62,240 bases of DNA from a virus. Its lineage: Duplodnaviria > Caudoviricetes. The notes under the pieces are model-generated. The model searched no databases and was not told the DNA's origin. It was given only the letters and a program-made list of their open reading frames with translations. Positions 9,537-18,558 of the stretch are shown here, piece after piece; within the stretch, counting starts at the first letter, position 1, and every line of letters begins with the position of its first letter. The stretch lies in IMG/VR virus record IMGVR_UViG_3300048848_000060, positions 1 through 62,240 of that record. One strand, written 5' to 3'. Made by a program: the position numbers and the translations under genes.

Positions 9537-9542
9537 GAATCC

Positions 9543-9593
9543 ATTATGCAAACCTGTTTGCTGTTGCGCAAGTGTTTTTGCAATCCTGTTTGC
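9543..9593 (-). promoter_or_regulatory. PL promoter and OL operators
   Basis: Minus strand TTGCGC-17 nt-CATAAT (9571..9543); GCAAACCTGTTTGC 9548..9561; GCAATCCTGTTTGC 9580..9593. Confidence 0.8.
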
Positions 9594-9763
9594 TACTCCT
9601 CGAAGTTTTTCCGCAAAAAGGCGGACGCCCAGGCATTCAGGACCTGGCGCCGGGTCGCCGGTGCACGCCCTCAGCACATCTGATGACGTCCGACAAACGT
9701 CGGCGCTACGTCTGGTCACAAATGCTTCCGTGTCTGTTACCTTCTTGTCCAAAAGGAGGCAGC

Positions 9764-10777
9764 ATGCGTTTTTCCGTGGTCATCCCAGCTTTCAACGCCG
9801 CTACATGCCTGGGGCGCGCCCTGGATAGCGTGCAGGCACAAACCTACCGCCCGTTCGAGGTGATCGTGGTTGACGATGGATCGAGCGACGAGACTGCGGC
9901 TGTAGCGCGCTCACACCCGCTGGGGCCGCGGCTAATATCGATTCGGAACTCGGGGGTCTCGACCGCGAGGAACATCGGGATGGTCGCGGCCTCCGGCGAG
10001 TACGTCGCCTTGCTCGATGCTGACGATGAATACGCGCCAGACCACCTCGCTGGCCTGGCCGCCGCAGCAGCGCAGCACCGAGACGCTGTTCTACTCTGGA
10101 CTGGGATTTCCCGCCGATTTGCCAAAGGGGCGGCGGAGGAGGCAGGGACCCTGCCCGACTCGAACAGAATTTCGCTCCAGCACGCGGAAGATGGCCTGGG
10201 CGGCCTGGTCATCAAGCCCAGTGCCTACGACCAGATGATGTGCGGCAACTTCGTCTCGCCGAGCTCTGCCGCGTTCAAACAGGTGGTCGATGGCAAGACG
10301 CGCCTGTTCAGGCCTGAGCTCAAGCTGGGTGAAGATCGGGTCTTTTTCCTTGAGCTCATGGGCCTTGGCAAGGCTGTTTTCTTCGGGGCCGAGTCGGCCA
10401 TCATCCACCGCGATGGGGCCAATGCGTCTGTAACCACCGACCGCTCCAAGCAGCCGATCCTCACAGAGCGGCGCATCGCGACGTTGCACTGCGTCCGAGA
10501 CCTGCCAGAGGTCAGGGCCAGCGCCAGGCGGACGGCCCTGGTGGCAAAGCTGCTCGCCCAGGCCTACCGGGACCAGGTCTACTACGCCTCATTTCTGGGG
10601 TTGCGCAAGACGTGGGCGGCCATGCGCAACGGGTGGGCTGCCAGGAGTTTTGGCCCAGCGTTGGGCGGCGTGTTCCTGGCCAAGAACGTCGCGCGCGCAG
10701 TCAGTCACTCGAGCCTGTTGCGCAAATCCGGACCGCTGCTCGTGGTCGCCCTCCTGCTGGAAGAGGGCATGGCCTGA
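9764..10777 (+). CDS. Family 2 glycosyltransferase (moron)
   Basis: SVVIPAFN, VVDDGS.D, NSGVSTARN.G, LDADD, GED; AGGAGG RBS. Confidence 0.92.
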   Translation: MRFSVVIPAFNAATCLGRALDSVQAQTYRPFEVIVVDDGSSDETAAVARSHPLGPRLISIRNSGVSTARNIGMVAASGEYVALLDADDEYAPDHLAGLAAAAAQHRDAVLLWTGISRRFAKGAAEEAGTLPDSNRISLQHAEDGLGGLVIKPSAYDQMMCGNFVSPSSAAFKQVVDGKTRLFRPELKLGEDRVFFLELMGLGKAVFFGAESAIIHRDGANASVTTDRSKQPILTERRIATLHCVRDLPEVRASARRTALVAKLLAQAYRDQVYYASFLGLRKTWAAMRNGWAARSFGPALGGVFLAKNVARAVSHSSLLRKSGPLLVVALLLEEGMA

Positions 10778-10786
10778 CGAAGATGG

Positions 10787-11293
10787 CTACGGGGCAGGGC
10801 GGACGTACTTCGGCCGCAGGTCGGCGACGATCCCTGCTGCCTCGTACATGGTTCGGCCGGCCATATCCCTGTAGTTGGTCATGCCGATGTGCAACCGTGC
10901 CGAAGGCGTGCGGATCACAAGCGGCACGCCGCCAGCGGTGGTGGTGCGCGCCTGGAAGCCCCCATAAGAATTCATAGCCCCGGTCGTGTAGTTTTGCGCC
11001 GGCATGGGCACCGCCGTGCTGTTCGTCGCCGACGATTCCCCGAGGATCGTGAAGTACCTGAAGCCTTTTTCGATCGTCAGCTCCGCCGCGCGCAGGAACG
11101 CCATTTCTTCGGCCTGGTCCGGCTTGGTGAACCCGTTGCCCTCGAAGCGGACGATGTAGATGTCATCGGCGCGTCGAGATTCAGAGTACCCGCCGTCGAT
11201 CCCGCGAGGGCCGTACGTAGTCGCGCAGCCCGCCATGCCTGCCACAAGCGCGACGAGCAGCGCGGCAGCAGTGGTGCCAAGTCTTCTGCCCAT
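10787..11293 (-). CDS. Lipoprotein
   Basis: Signal peptide with MAGC lipobox; F.GNGFT...LRAAELT.EKGFRYF. Confidence 0.8.
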   Translation of the reverse strand: MGRRLGTTAAALLVALVAGMAGCATTYGPRGIDGGYSESRRADDIYIVRFEGNGFTKPDQAEEMAFLRAAELTIEKGFRYFTILGESSATNSTAVPMPAQNYTTGAMNSYGGFQARTTTAGGVPLVIRTPSARLHIGMTNYRDMAGRTMYEAAGIVADLRPKYVRPAP

Positions 11294-11295
11294 GC

Positions 11296-11553
11296 TCAGC
11301 ACTTCGCCCGCGCCTGCTTTGGCCGGAACAGCTGCGTCAGACACTTGAGGACTGGGTTCACGATCTCACCAGGCTGGTCGCGAAACCGGCCTGCTGTCGC
11401 GAACCCATGCGACTCGTCACGACGCTTCACCATGATGAAGACGGCGTCAAGCCTGCCGTCGAGGGCTTGCTGATGGGCGGTCGCTAGCAACGACACCATC
11501 TCGTCACGACCGCGAAGAGCGGCGCTTCGCGGAAATTTGAAAAGCTGTCCCAT
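11296..11553 (-). CDS. Hypothetical protein downstream of repressor
   Basis: ~85 aa ORF co-oriented with repressor. Confidence 0.5.
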   Translation of the reverse strand: MGQLFKFPRSAALRGRDEMVSLLATAHQQALDGRLDAVFIMVKRRDESHGFATAGRFRDQPGEIVNPVLKCLTQLFRPKQARAKC

Positions 11554-12151
11554 CCCGTTCCGTCCTGTGATTCGTTTCACCCTCGTTTGTATCCGAATGT
11601 GAATCGATCGTCGTAAACGGGTCGGACGGCTCGGTCATGGCCACCCCCGGGTCATCCCTAAAAGCGTTGTCCGACAACAACGCTCGAACCTGGTCATGGT
11701 CCAGATAGGAGAAGGCTTCAGGATTACTAAGGAGGTCTCCCATGAGGCCGCGCAACAGGGTGCGCTGGGGCTTGTCCAAAACGCGCGCGAATTCCACAAG
11801 GGATTGGCTCACATCCGAGACATATCGAGTGATGCGTTCACTTGACAAATCGGATTGTGATGTTGCTTCCGATGGCCGAGCCCGCTGCAGGGTAGCAACG
11901 CTCTTCACGCCAACCAGTTCTTCCACCGTGGTCCCCATCGCGGCCGCCAGAGCAGGGGTGTAACGAGTCGTCCGGAAGTCCTTCTTCAACAGGTTCTCGA
12001 TGTCCTGCCGCTTACAGCGGGATGCGACGGGGAGGTACGCCTGGTGGCTGGCGACCAGAGAGGCCATGGCTGCAGGCGTCATGGAATTGCCATGGCTGTC
12101 GACACGGGACGCCATGAACTCTTTGACCTGGGTAGCAAGAGATTTTTTCAC
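11504..12151 (-). CDS. Putative CI-like repressor (divergent HTH, no S24 protease domain recognised)
   Basis: Divergent from cro; RQDIENLLK...ALAAAMGTTVEEL resembles the XRE HTH end; GTG start next to an operator. Confidence 0.65.
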   Translation of the reverse strand: MKKSLATQVKEFMASRVDSHGNSMTPAAMASLVASHQAYLPVASRCKRQDIENLLKKDFRTTRYTPALAAAMGTTVEELVGVKSVATLQRARPSEATSQSDLSSERITRYVSDVSQSLVEFARVLDKPQRTLLRGLMGDLLSNPEAFSYLDHDQVRALLSDNAFRDDPGVAMTEPSDPFTTIDSHSDTNEGETNHRTERDGTAFQISAKRRSSRS

Positions 12152-12152
12152 C

Positions 12153-12215
12153 GCAAACGATTTTGCACCCCTTGCAAGCAAACCTGTTTGCGTGATAATC
12201 GGCAAACCACTTTGC
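12153..12215. promoter_or_regulatory. OR operators (three) and PR promoter
   Basis: GCAAACGATTTTGC 12153..12166, GCAAACCTGTTTGC 12178..12191, GCAAACCACTTTGC 12202..12215; TTGCAA-16 nt-GATAAT 12172..12199. Confidence 0.82.
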
Positions 12216-12232
12216 CTCAAGCCCCCGCAGCC

Positions 12233-12514
12233 ATGCAACAGCCCACCGGAATCCAACGTGCCGTCGACAACAAGGGAAGCCCCGGCAAGCTGGCCGAGGC
12301 CATCGGAAATGGGGTGCTGCGTCAGCATGTAGAGCACTGGCTGAAAGTCGGCCGAGTGTCTGCCGAACGCGCCCCTGACGTTTCGGCAGCCACGGGCATT
12401 CCCCTTGAAGACTTGAACGACAAGGTCAATTGGGAACTTGTGCGCGAGTGCGCTCGTGTAGTCGCCAAAAAAAAGCGGCGGTCTTCCGCCACTGAAACCC
12501 ACGCGCAGGCCTGA
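12233..12514 (+). CDS. Cro/YdaS-like regulator
   Basis: KLAEAIG...RQHVEHW...GRVSAERAPDVSAATGIPLEDL. Confidence 0.85.
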   Translation: MQQPTGIQRAVDNKGSPGKLAEAIGNGVLRQHVEHWLKVGRVSAERAPDVSAATGIPLEDLNDKVNWELVRECARVVAKKKRRSSATETHAQA

Positions 12515-12517
12515 CCC

Positions 12518-12649
12518 ATGGTCATCGCTGCCCTGATCGGCGCCGCCCAAACCCTCGCCGGCCTCTTGGCCTGGTTCTGCCTGGACAGCAACCGGTGGCT
12601 GCGCGCCGGCCTGCTGCTGGGCCTTGCTGCTGCGCTCGCAGCCTTCTGA
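12518..12649 (+). CDS. Small hydrophobic protein (43 aa)
   Basis: Two hydrophobic stretches; below ORF-track cutoff. Confidence 0.4.
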   Translation: MVIAALIGAAQTLAGLLAWFCLDSNRWLRAGLLLGLAAALAAF

Positions 12650-12700
12650 CAGCCACGCCGGCAGCCAGTCCGCCACGTGCCTGAACCCAGCCCCTTCGAC

Positions 12701-12889
12701 ATGCACATCCGACCCCTGACCGAACTATCCGTGCACGAGGTCGACGACCTCGCTCGCGCCGCCGCTGACCGTGGCGAGCCGCACTACAGCGCCAATCCAT
12801 ACCCCGCCGACGACGCGATGCACACGCGCTTCGCGCGGGCCTACGCCGACCGACAAGCCGACTTGCAGATCGACACGGCGGCCGCCTGA
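12701..12889 (+). CDS. Hypothetical protein
   Basis: ANPYP...FARAY; operon position. Confidence 0.55.
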   Translation: MHIRPLTELSVHEVDDLARAAADRGEPHYSANPYPADDAMHTRFARAYADRQADLQIDTAAA

Positions 12890-12913
12890 TTCCAACCCAG
12901 CACGGGAGCACCA

Positions 12914-13180
12914 GTGACCAACCCAGTAACCCGATTCGCCAGGGGCATCCTTGGCGGCAAGAAGACCGCCAAGGTCGAGGCACGCGTGTCTGACGAGCTG
13001 AAGGAGGGCGTTGAGCGCCGCTTCCGAGAACTCGGCTTCGACTCCGCGAGCGAATACGTCGACTTCGTTCTGACGATGGATGTGTTCGGTGCAGAGCATG
13101 TCGCTATGGTCATGCAACGGCGCATCTCCATGGTCCGCAGTTCGTCGGACGTGCGGCCGACCGAAGGCGGGCTGCTGTGA
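12914..13180 (+). CDS. CII-position RHH-like regulator
   Basis: KVEARVSDELKE...SASEYV; position after cro. Confidence 0.55.
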   Translation: MTNPVTRFARGILGGKKTAKVEARVSDELKEGVERRFRELGFDSASEYVDFVLTMDVFGAEHVAMVMQRRISMVRSSSDVRPTEGGLL

Positions 13181-13374
13181 GCTCGGCGCAGTACCTCTAT
13201 AAGCGCTTCCTGCTGCCCAGCGGGAAGATGATCGAGGTCCGCAAGGTGCAGGACGGCACGCGGCCCGAGTGTGTCGTGCGCGAGGTCAACACCGACGACC
13301 AGCTCAGCCAGGGCGAATACAACCTGCGACTCGACTTCCTGCTGCAGCGGGCGAAGGCGGTGCGCCATGTCTGA
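13177..13374 (+). CDS. Hypothetical protein
   Basis: GTGA-coupled ORF. Confidence 0.55.
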   Translation: MSSAQYLYKRFLLPSGKMIEVRKVQDGTRPECVVREVNTDDQLSQGEYNLRLDFLLQRAKAVRHV

Positions 13375-13654
13375 GCACGCATTCGCCATGCCTGCGGTCT
13401 GGGAGGACACAGGTAAGCCGCGCTCTGCCGGTCCGTTCCTGTGGGCCTACCTGGTCCCCTCTGGCCGCACCGCCACGCCACCTCGCAAGCGCGGGCCGCG
13501 CGCGCAACCCAAGACCATCACGCTGCCCGGCACGTTGGCTCTCGACGCTGCCGGCCGGCGCACGGTGTCCATGGCTCCGAACGAGCGGGGCATGTCGGTC
13601 TCGCGGGCGGTGCCTTCGGTGTTCCGGGAAAACAAGAACGAGGAGACGATCTGA
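13367..13654 (+). CDS. Hypothetical protein
   Basis: Fills gap; coupled to next gene. Confidence 0.45.
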   Translation: MSEHAFAMPAVWEDTGKPRSAGPFLWAYLVPSGRTATPPRKRGPRAQPKTITLPGTLALDAAGRRTVSMAPNERGMSVSRAVPSVFRENKNEETI

Positions 13655-16173
13655 TGGACCCGTATGAGCAGTTCCTGCGCGAGAAGATCAAGCTGGCCAG
13701 CTTCCAGGGCTTCGATGTGCCCATGGATGAGATCAACCAGGCGTTGAAGCCGCACACCCGTGACATCGTGCGCTGGGCGGCCCAGGGCGGCAACCGCGCC
13801 ATCTTCGCCAGCTTCGGCCTGCACAAGACCGTCACGGCGCTCGAGCTGATGCGCCTGATCGGCATCCATCGGCCCGGCATCAGGGGCATCGTGTGCCCGC
13901 TGGGTGTGCGGCATGAGTTCATCGGCCAAGCCGCCGAGCACTTCAAGGGCGAATGCGCCATTGACATCCGCTTCGTGCGCCGCGACAGCGAGATCGACGA
14001 CCCGAGCACGATCTACCTGACCAACTACGAAGCCATCCGCGAGGGAAACATCACGCCGTCGACCTGGCGCGCGGTGAACTTGGACGAGGCCGATGTGCTG
14101 CGCAGCTACGGCAGCAAGACCTACCAGGAGTTCCTGCCCGCGTTCGCGGGGGTTGACTACAAGTTCGTGCAGACGGCGACGCCGAGCCCGAACCGCTACA
14201 AGGAGCTGATCCACTACGCCGGCTACCTGGGCGTGATGGACACCGGCCAGGCCCTGACCCGCTTTTTCCAGCGCGACAGCGAGAAGGCCGGCAACCTGAC
14301 GCTGTACCCGCACAAGGAGAAGGAATTCTGGCTGTGGGTGGCGTCCTGGGCGGTCTTTATCCAGCGCCCGAGCGACCTCGGCCATTCAGACGAGGGCTAC
14401 AACCTGCCCGCGCTGGACGTGCGCTACCACGAGGTGCCCAGCGACTACGAGACGGCCGGCGCCGAGAAGAACGGTCAGGGCATGCTGATCCCGAATGTGG
14501 CTATGGGCCTGTCGGCCGCCGCGGGTGAGAAGCGCTCCAGCATGCCGGCTCGCATCGCCAAGGTGCGCGAGATCGTCGAGGCCGACCCTGACGACAGCTT
14601 CGTGATCTGGCACGACCTGGAAGACGAGCGCCACGCGCTGCAGGCGGAGATCCCAGAGGCAGTCAGCGTGTGGGGCACGCAGGACCTGGAACAGCGCGAA
14701 GACCGCATCGTCGGCTTCGGCAACGGTGCCTTCCGCCTGCTCTCCACAAAGCCTGTGATCGCTGGTGCAGGCTGCAACTTCCAGCGCCATTGCCACCGCG
14801 AGGTATTCGCCGGCATCGGCTTCAAGTTCCGCGACTTCATCCAGTCCATCCACCGGGTGCACCGCTTCGGCCAGACCAAGCCGGTTCGCATCGACATCGT
14901 GCACACCGAGGCCGAGCGCGAGGTGCTGCGGACCCTGCAGCAGAAGTGGCGCCAGCACGACGAGGTGCAGACGCAGATGAGCGCGCTGATTCGCACCTAC
15001 GGCCTGAACCAGCTGGCCATGCAGGACACCCTGGCCAGGACCATCGGCGTCACGCGCACCGTCGTGAAGGGCGACCTCTTCGAAGTCGCGCACAACGACT
15101 GCGTGCTCGAAGCCCGGGCCCGTCCGGAGAACTCGGTCGACCTCATCGTGACATCGATCCCCTTCGCCAATCACTACGAGTACAGCCCCAGCTACAACGA
15201 CTTCGGCCACACCGAGGGCAACGACCACTTCTGGCGGCAGATGGACTTCCTGACGCCGGAGCTGCACCGCATCCTGAAGCCGGGCCGCATCGCCGCGATC
15301 CACGTCAAGGACCGCGTGATGTTCGGCAACGTCACAGGCCTGGGCCGGCCCAGCATGGACTACTTCCACGAGGAGGCCTCCATGCACCTGCGCAAGCACG
15401 GATTTCACAAGCTGGCCATGGTCTCCATCACCACCGACGTGGTGCGCGAGAACAACCAGACGTACCGGCTCAGCTACACCGAGATGTGCAAGGACAGCAC
15501 GAAGATGGGCACGGGTTGCAGCGAGTACCTGCTGGTGTTCTTCAAACCGCAGACCGACCTGAGCCGGGGCTATGCCGACGTGCCGGTGGCGCGCCTGAAG
15601 TCCGACTACAGCCTCGGCCGGTGGCAGATCGACGCGCACGCCTACTGGCGCTCCAGCGGCAACCGCCTGCTGACCGCCGATGAGATGGCCGCCATGGGCC
15701 CGGCCAAGCTGGCCAAGTTCTTCACCGACGACAGCATGCGCCAGGTCTACGACTACGAGCGGCATGTTTCCATCGGCGAGCAGCTGGAAGAGCGGGGCGC
15801 GCTGCCCCGCGAGTTCGCCTGCCTTCAGCCTGGCAGCCCAGACGAGAACGTCTGGACCGACATCGCCCGCATGCGGACGCTGAACGGGGAGCAGGCCAAC
15901 CGCGCCGTCGAAAAGCACGTCTGCCCGCTGCAGTTCGACATCGTGGACCGCGCCATCGAGCGCTGGAGCATGAAGGGCGAGGTCGTCTACGACCCGTTCC
16001 ATGGCCTGGGCACCGTGGGCGTGCGCGCCATCAAGCTAGGCCGTCGCGCGGGCGGGAGCGAGCTCAACGCCGGCTACTTCAAGGACCAGGTGCACTACCT
16101 GAAGGCAGCCGAGCGCGAGGCGTCCATGCCTACGCTGTTCGACATGGACGAGCCCGTCGCGGAGGCCGCATGA
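13654..16173 (+). CDS. SNF2-like helicase / N4-N6 DNA methyltransferase fusion
   Basis: GLHKT, LDEA, TATPSPN, RVHRFGQ; then TSIPF and DPFHGLGT (beta-class order). Confidence 0.88.
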   Translation: MDPYEQFLREKIKLASFQGFDVPMDEINQALKPHTRDIVRWAAQGGNRAIFASFGLHKTVTALELMRLIGIHRPGIRGIVCPLGVRHEFIGQAAEHFKGECAIDIRFVRRDSEIDDPSTIYLTNYEAIREGNITPSTWRAVNLDEADVLRSYGSKTYQEFLPAFAGVDYKFVQTATPSPNRYKELIHYAGYLGVMDTGQALTRFFQRDSEKAGNLTLYPHKEKEFWLWVASWAVFIQRPSDLGHSDEGYNLPALDVRYHEVPSDYETAGAEKNGQGMLIPNVAMGLSAAAGEKRSSMPARIAKVREIVEADPDDSFVIWHDLEDERHALQAEIPEAVSVWGTQDLEQREDRIVGFGNGAFRLLSTKPVIAGAGCNFQRHCHREVFAGIGFKFRDFIQSIHRVHRFGQTKPVRIDIVHTEAEREVLRTLQQKWRQHDEVQTQMSALIRTYGLNQLAMQDTLARTIGVTRTVVKGDLFEVAHNDCVLEARARPENSVDLIVTSIPFANHYEYSPSYNDFGHTEGNDHFWRQMDFLTPELHRILKPGRIAAIHVKDRVMFGNVTGLGRPSMDYFHEEASMHLRKHGFHKLAMVSITTDVVRENNQTYRLSYTEMCKDSTKMGTGCSEYLLVFFKPQTDLSRGYADVPVARLKSDYSLGRWQIDAHAYWRSSGNRLLTADEMAAMGPAKLAKFFTDDSMRQVYDYERHVSIGEQLEERGALPREFACLQPGSPDENVWTDIARMRTLNGEQANRAVEKHVCPLQFDIVDRAIERWSMKGEVVYDPFHGLGTVGVRAIKLGRRAGGSELNAGYFKDQVHYLKAAEREASMPTLFDMDEPVAEAA

Positions 16174-16475
16174 ACGCCGCCCACCTTGTGCGGGCCACCG
16201 ACCCGCTGTCGTCCGTCCTGGCGGCTGAGCGCGTGCCGGAGTTCGCTCCGAATCAGTACGAGCGCATCCTGGCGGCGATGAAGACCGTGGCTACCTCGCA
16301 TAGTGGCGCCACGCCCGCTGAGATCGGCGAGCAAGCCGGCCTGACGATGGTGCAGGTCGACCGCCGCATGAAGGAGTTGCGCGACAGCGGTCTGGTCTAT
16401 GTCGTCCAGCGCGACGGCGGCGACCTCATGCGTAACCGCATGCGCTGCTGGGCGCTGGGCAGGGGGTCGCAGTGA
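16170..16475 (+). CDS. Winged-HTH protein
   Basis: RATDPLSS.LAA; TPAEIG...QVDRRMKEL...GLV. Confidence 0.7.
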   Translation: MNAAHLVRATDPLSSVLAAERVPEFAPNQYERILAAMKTVATSHSGATPAEIGEQAGLTMVQVDRRMKELRDSGLVYVVQRDGGDLMRNRMRCWALGRGSQ

Positions 16476-17296
16476 AGCGACCGGCCTTCCAGTTCTACCC
16501 GGGCGACTGGCGCAAGGACGTAGAGCTGCGCGCATGTTCCCTGGCGGCACGCGGCCTGTGGATCGATCTCATGTGCGTGGCCCACGACTGCGAGCCCTAC
16601 GGCCACCTCATGCTGAACGGCAAGCCCATGACCATGCAGCAGATGGCAGGCCAGATCGGCGTGCCTGCTGCGCAGGTGAAGAAGCTGCTGGATGAACTGA
16701 TCGAGAGCGGCGTCGCGCGCACCACCGATCAAGGGGCGATCTACAGCAAGCGCATGGTGGCCGACGAGCGCATCCGCAATGTCCGCGCCGAAGGTGGTAA
16801 GGCGGGTGCTGAGCATGGTGCAAAGGGCGCCTCGCATGGATCGAAAGGGGGGAGGCCGCCGAAGCCGAAGGGGGGTTTCGAACCCCCCCTTGAAGGTTTC
16901 GAAGAACCCCCCCCTTCTTCTTCATCTGCAACTTCAACTTCAAACACACCATCTGTCGATGGTGTGCCGCGACCGACACCGGGCGAGGCCTGCAAAGCGA
17001 TGAAGGCGACCGGCATGCAGTCGGTAAGCCCTGCTGATCCGAGGCTGATCGCGTTGTTGGATGCGGGCATGACCATCGCCGAGCTGGTGGCCGCTGCCGC
17101 CGACGCTGTGGAGCGGCGCAAGCCCTTTGCCTACGCCCTGAAGGTCGCCGAGAGCCGGCGCCATGAAGCCGCGGCCATCGGGAACCTGCCGGCCGCCGCC
17201 GCTCCGCGCAACGGCAACAAGCACGCCGCAGCCGCGGCGGCCATCTTCGACATGGACGACGAGCGTCCACTGCAAAAGGACTTCATCGATGTTTAA
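16472..17296 (+). CDS. Phage replication initiator-like protein
   Basis: KRPAFQFYPGDW...SLAARGLWIDL...SKRMV.DE; low-complexity middle with repeats. Confidence 0.75.
   Translation: MKRPAFQFYPGDWRKDVELRACSLAARGLWIDLMCVAHDCEPYGHLMLNGKPMTMQQMAGQIGVPAAQVKKLLDELIESGVARTTDQGAIYSKRMVADERIRNVRAEGGKAGAEHGAKGASHGSKGGRPPKPKGGFEPPLEGFEEPPPSSSSATSTSNTPSVDGVPRPTPGEACKAMKATGMQSVSPADPRLIALLDAGMTIAELVAAAADAVERRKPFAYALKVAESRRHEAAAIGNLPAAAAPRNGNKHAAAAAAIFDMDDERPLQKDFIDV
16841..16920. repeat. Candidate replication origin inside the initiator gene
   Basis: Near-palindrome AAGGGGGGTTTCGAACCCCCCCTT 16868..16891 plus repeated GGTTTCGAA and GAACCCCCCC. Confidence 0.5.
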
Positions 17297-17864
17297 AGCT
17301 CCGGTCGTATCGCTGGACCAGTTCCGGCACGAGCAGAAATCTGCCGACAAGGCCACCGCCAACGACGTGTTCAAGGTGCTGCACGGCTTCTACGGTGCCC
17401 TGTTCCTGTCCAAGTACGCCACTGGCCAACTGGACGAGAAGGGGCGGGACCAGGGCATCGGAAGCGCCCGTGCGGTTTGGGCTCACACGCTGCAGAGCTT
17501 TGGCGAGCAGGACGTGATCGCTGCCTTGGAGGCCTGCAAGGCCGCACACCCCGAGTTCCCGCCCAGCTTGCCGCAGTTCGTTAGCCTGTGCCGCGCCGCT
17601 GCGCCGCGCAAGGTCTACAAGCCCGAACAGCCGGCGCTGGGGATGAGTCAGCAGCTGCGCAGCCAGATGGCAGCGCGCGCTCGGGCCACGATCGCCAAGC
17701 ACGAACATCGTGCTCTGGAGCGTCGCACCGGCGATCGCGCGTTGCCCATGTCGCTCGATGGCCTGAAGCAGGCGATTGCCAGCGCCGTGGCCACGGCCGG
17801 CGGCGACGAGGTTGCAGAGCTGGTGCGTCTCGATCGTCTGTTCTCGTTGAGGTCTGCCACATGA
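17289..17864 (+). CDS. Replication protein P-like (helicase loader)
   Basis: VFKVLHGFYG..F...W...L...FPPSLPQFVSLCR. Confidence 0.65.
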   Translation: MFKAPVVSLDQFRHEQKSADKATANDVFKVLHGFYGALFLSKYATGQLDEKGRDQGIGSARAVWAHTLQSFGEQDVIAALEACKAAHPEFPPSLPQFVSLCRAAAPRKVYKPEQPALGMSQQLRSQMAARARATIAKHEHRALERRTGDRALPMSLDGLKQAIASAVATAGGDEVAELVRLDRLFSLRSAT

Positions 17865-18367
17865 GCAAGTCCCCCATCGACGCCGACTACTTGGCCAACC
17901 GCGTCATGTGGCGGTGCGAGGAATACGGCGACTGCTGCTTGTGGACTGGCGCACGCAATCCGCGCGGCCCTGTCGTGAGCGTCAAGAACGTGGAATACCC
18001 ATTGCGGAAGGCGGTTTGGGAATGCACGCACGACGAGTCCGCGCCACCAGGGATGGTCGTCACGACCACTTGCCGCGAGCACCTGTGCTTAAACCCGGAC
18101 CACGTCATCCTGATGACTCGCGCGCAGCTGAACCGTCGAACCCTCAAGACGGGCAACCACAAGCTTCGGCTGATGAACATCGCCATCGCTCGACGCAAAG
18201 CCAGCCCCTTGAGCGATGAGGCTGTGCGAGCCATCCGCCTGGACGGCGAACGCGCCCCGGATGCGGCAGCCAAGCACGGCGTTTCCGTCGCATACGTCTA
18301 CATGCTGCGCGCGAACAAGTTCAGGCGCGAACTGTCCACGCCGTTCGCTGGACTGGGGGCGCGGTGA
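17861..18367 (+). CDS. HNH-like nuclease with C-terminal HTH
   Basis: CCLWTGA...TCREHLCLNPDH. Confidence 0.7.
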   Translation: MSKSPIDADYLANRVMWRCEEYGDCCLWTGARNPRGPVVSVKNVEYPLRKAVWECTHDESAPPGMVVTTTCREHLCLNPDHVILMTRAQLNRRTLKTGNHKLRLMNIAIARRKASPLSDEAVRAIRLDGERAPDAAAKHGVSVAYVYMLRANKFRRELSTPFAGLGAR

Positions 18368-18558
18368 CCGGCGCCGAGGAGATCGCCGTGGAGCACATCA
18401 AGCGCTGCGCCGCCACGTGGCGCTACACCCGAGCCGAGATCCTGGCGCATGCGGAGCACCATGCGTCGCTCGATCCGTTCGGGTTGGCTCGCCTGCCTGG
18501 CCTGATGCTGGCCGAGATCGACAAGAGCAAGGCCAAGAGGGAGGCTGTCGCATGCTGA
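18364..18558 (+). CDS. Hypothetical protein
   Basis: Coupled ORF. Confidence 0.5.
   Translation: MTGAEEIAVEHIKRCAATWRYTRAEILAHAEHHASLDPFGLARLPGLMLAEIDKSKAKREAVAC

Noticed and set aside
9092-9763. N-terminal extensions in the ORF track (GT2 from 9092; repressor from 12706; ejection protein from 40785)
   Set aside because: They run over promoters, operators or upstream genes; better starts with RBS or coupling lie downstream
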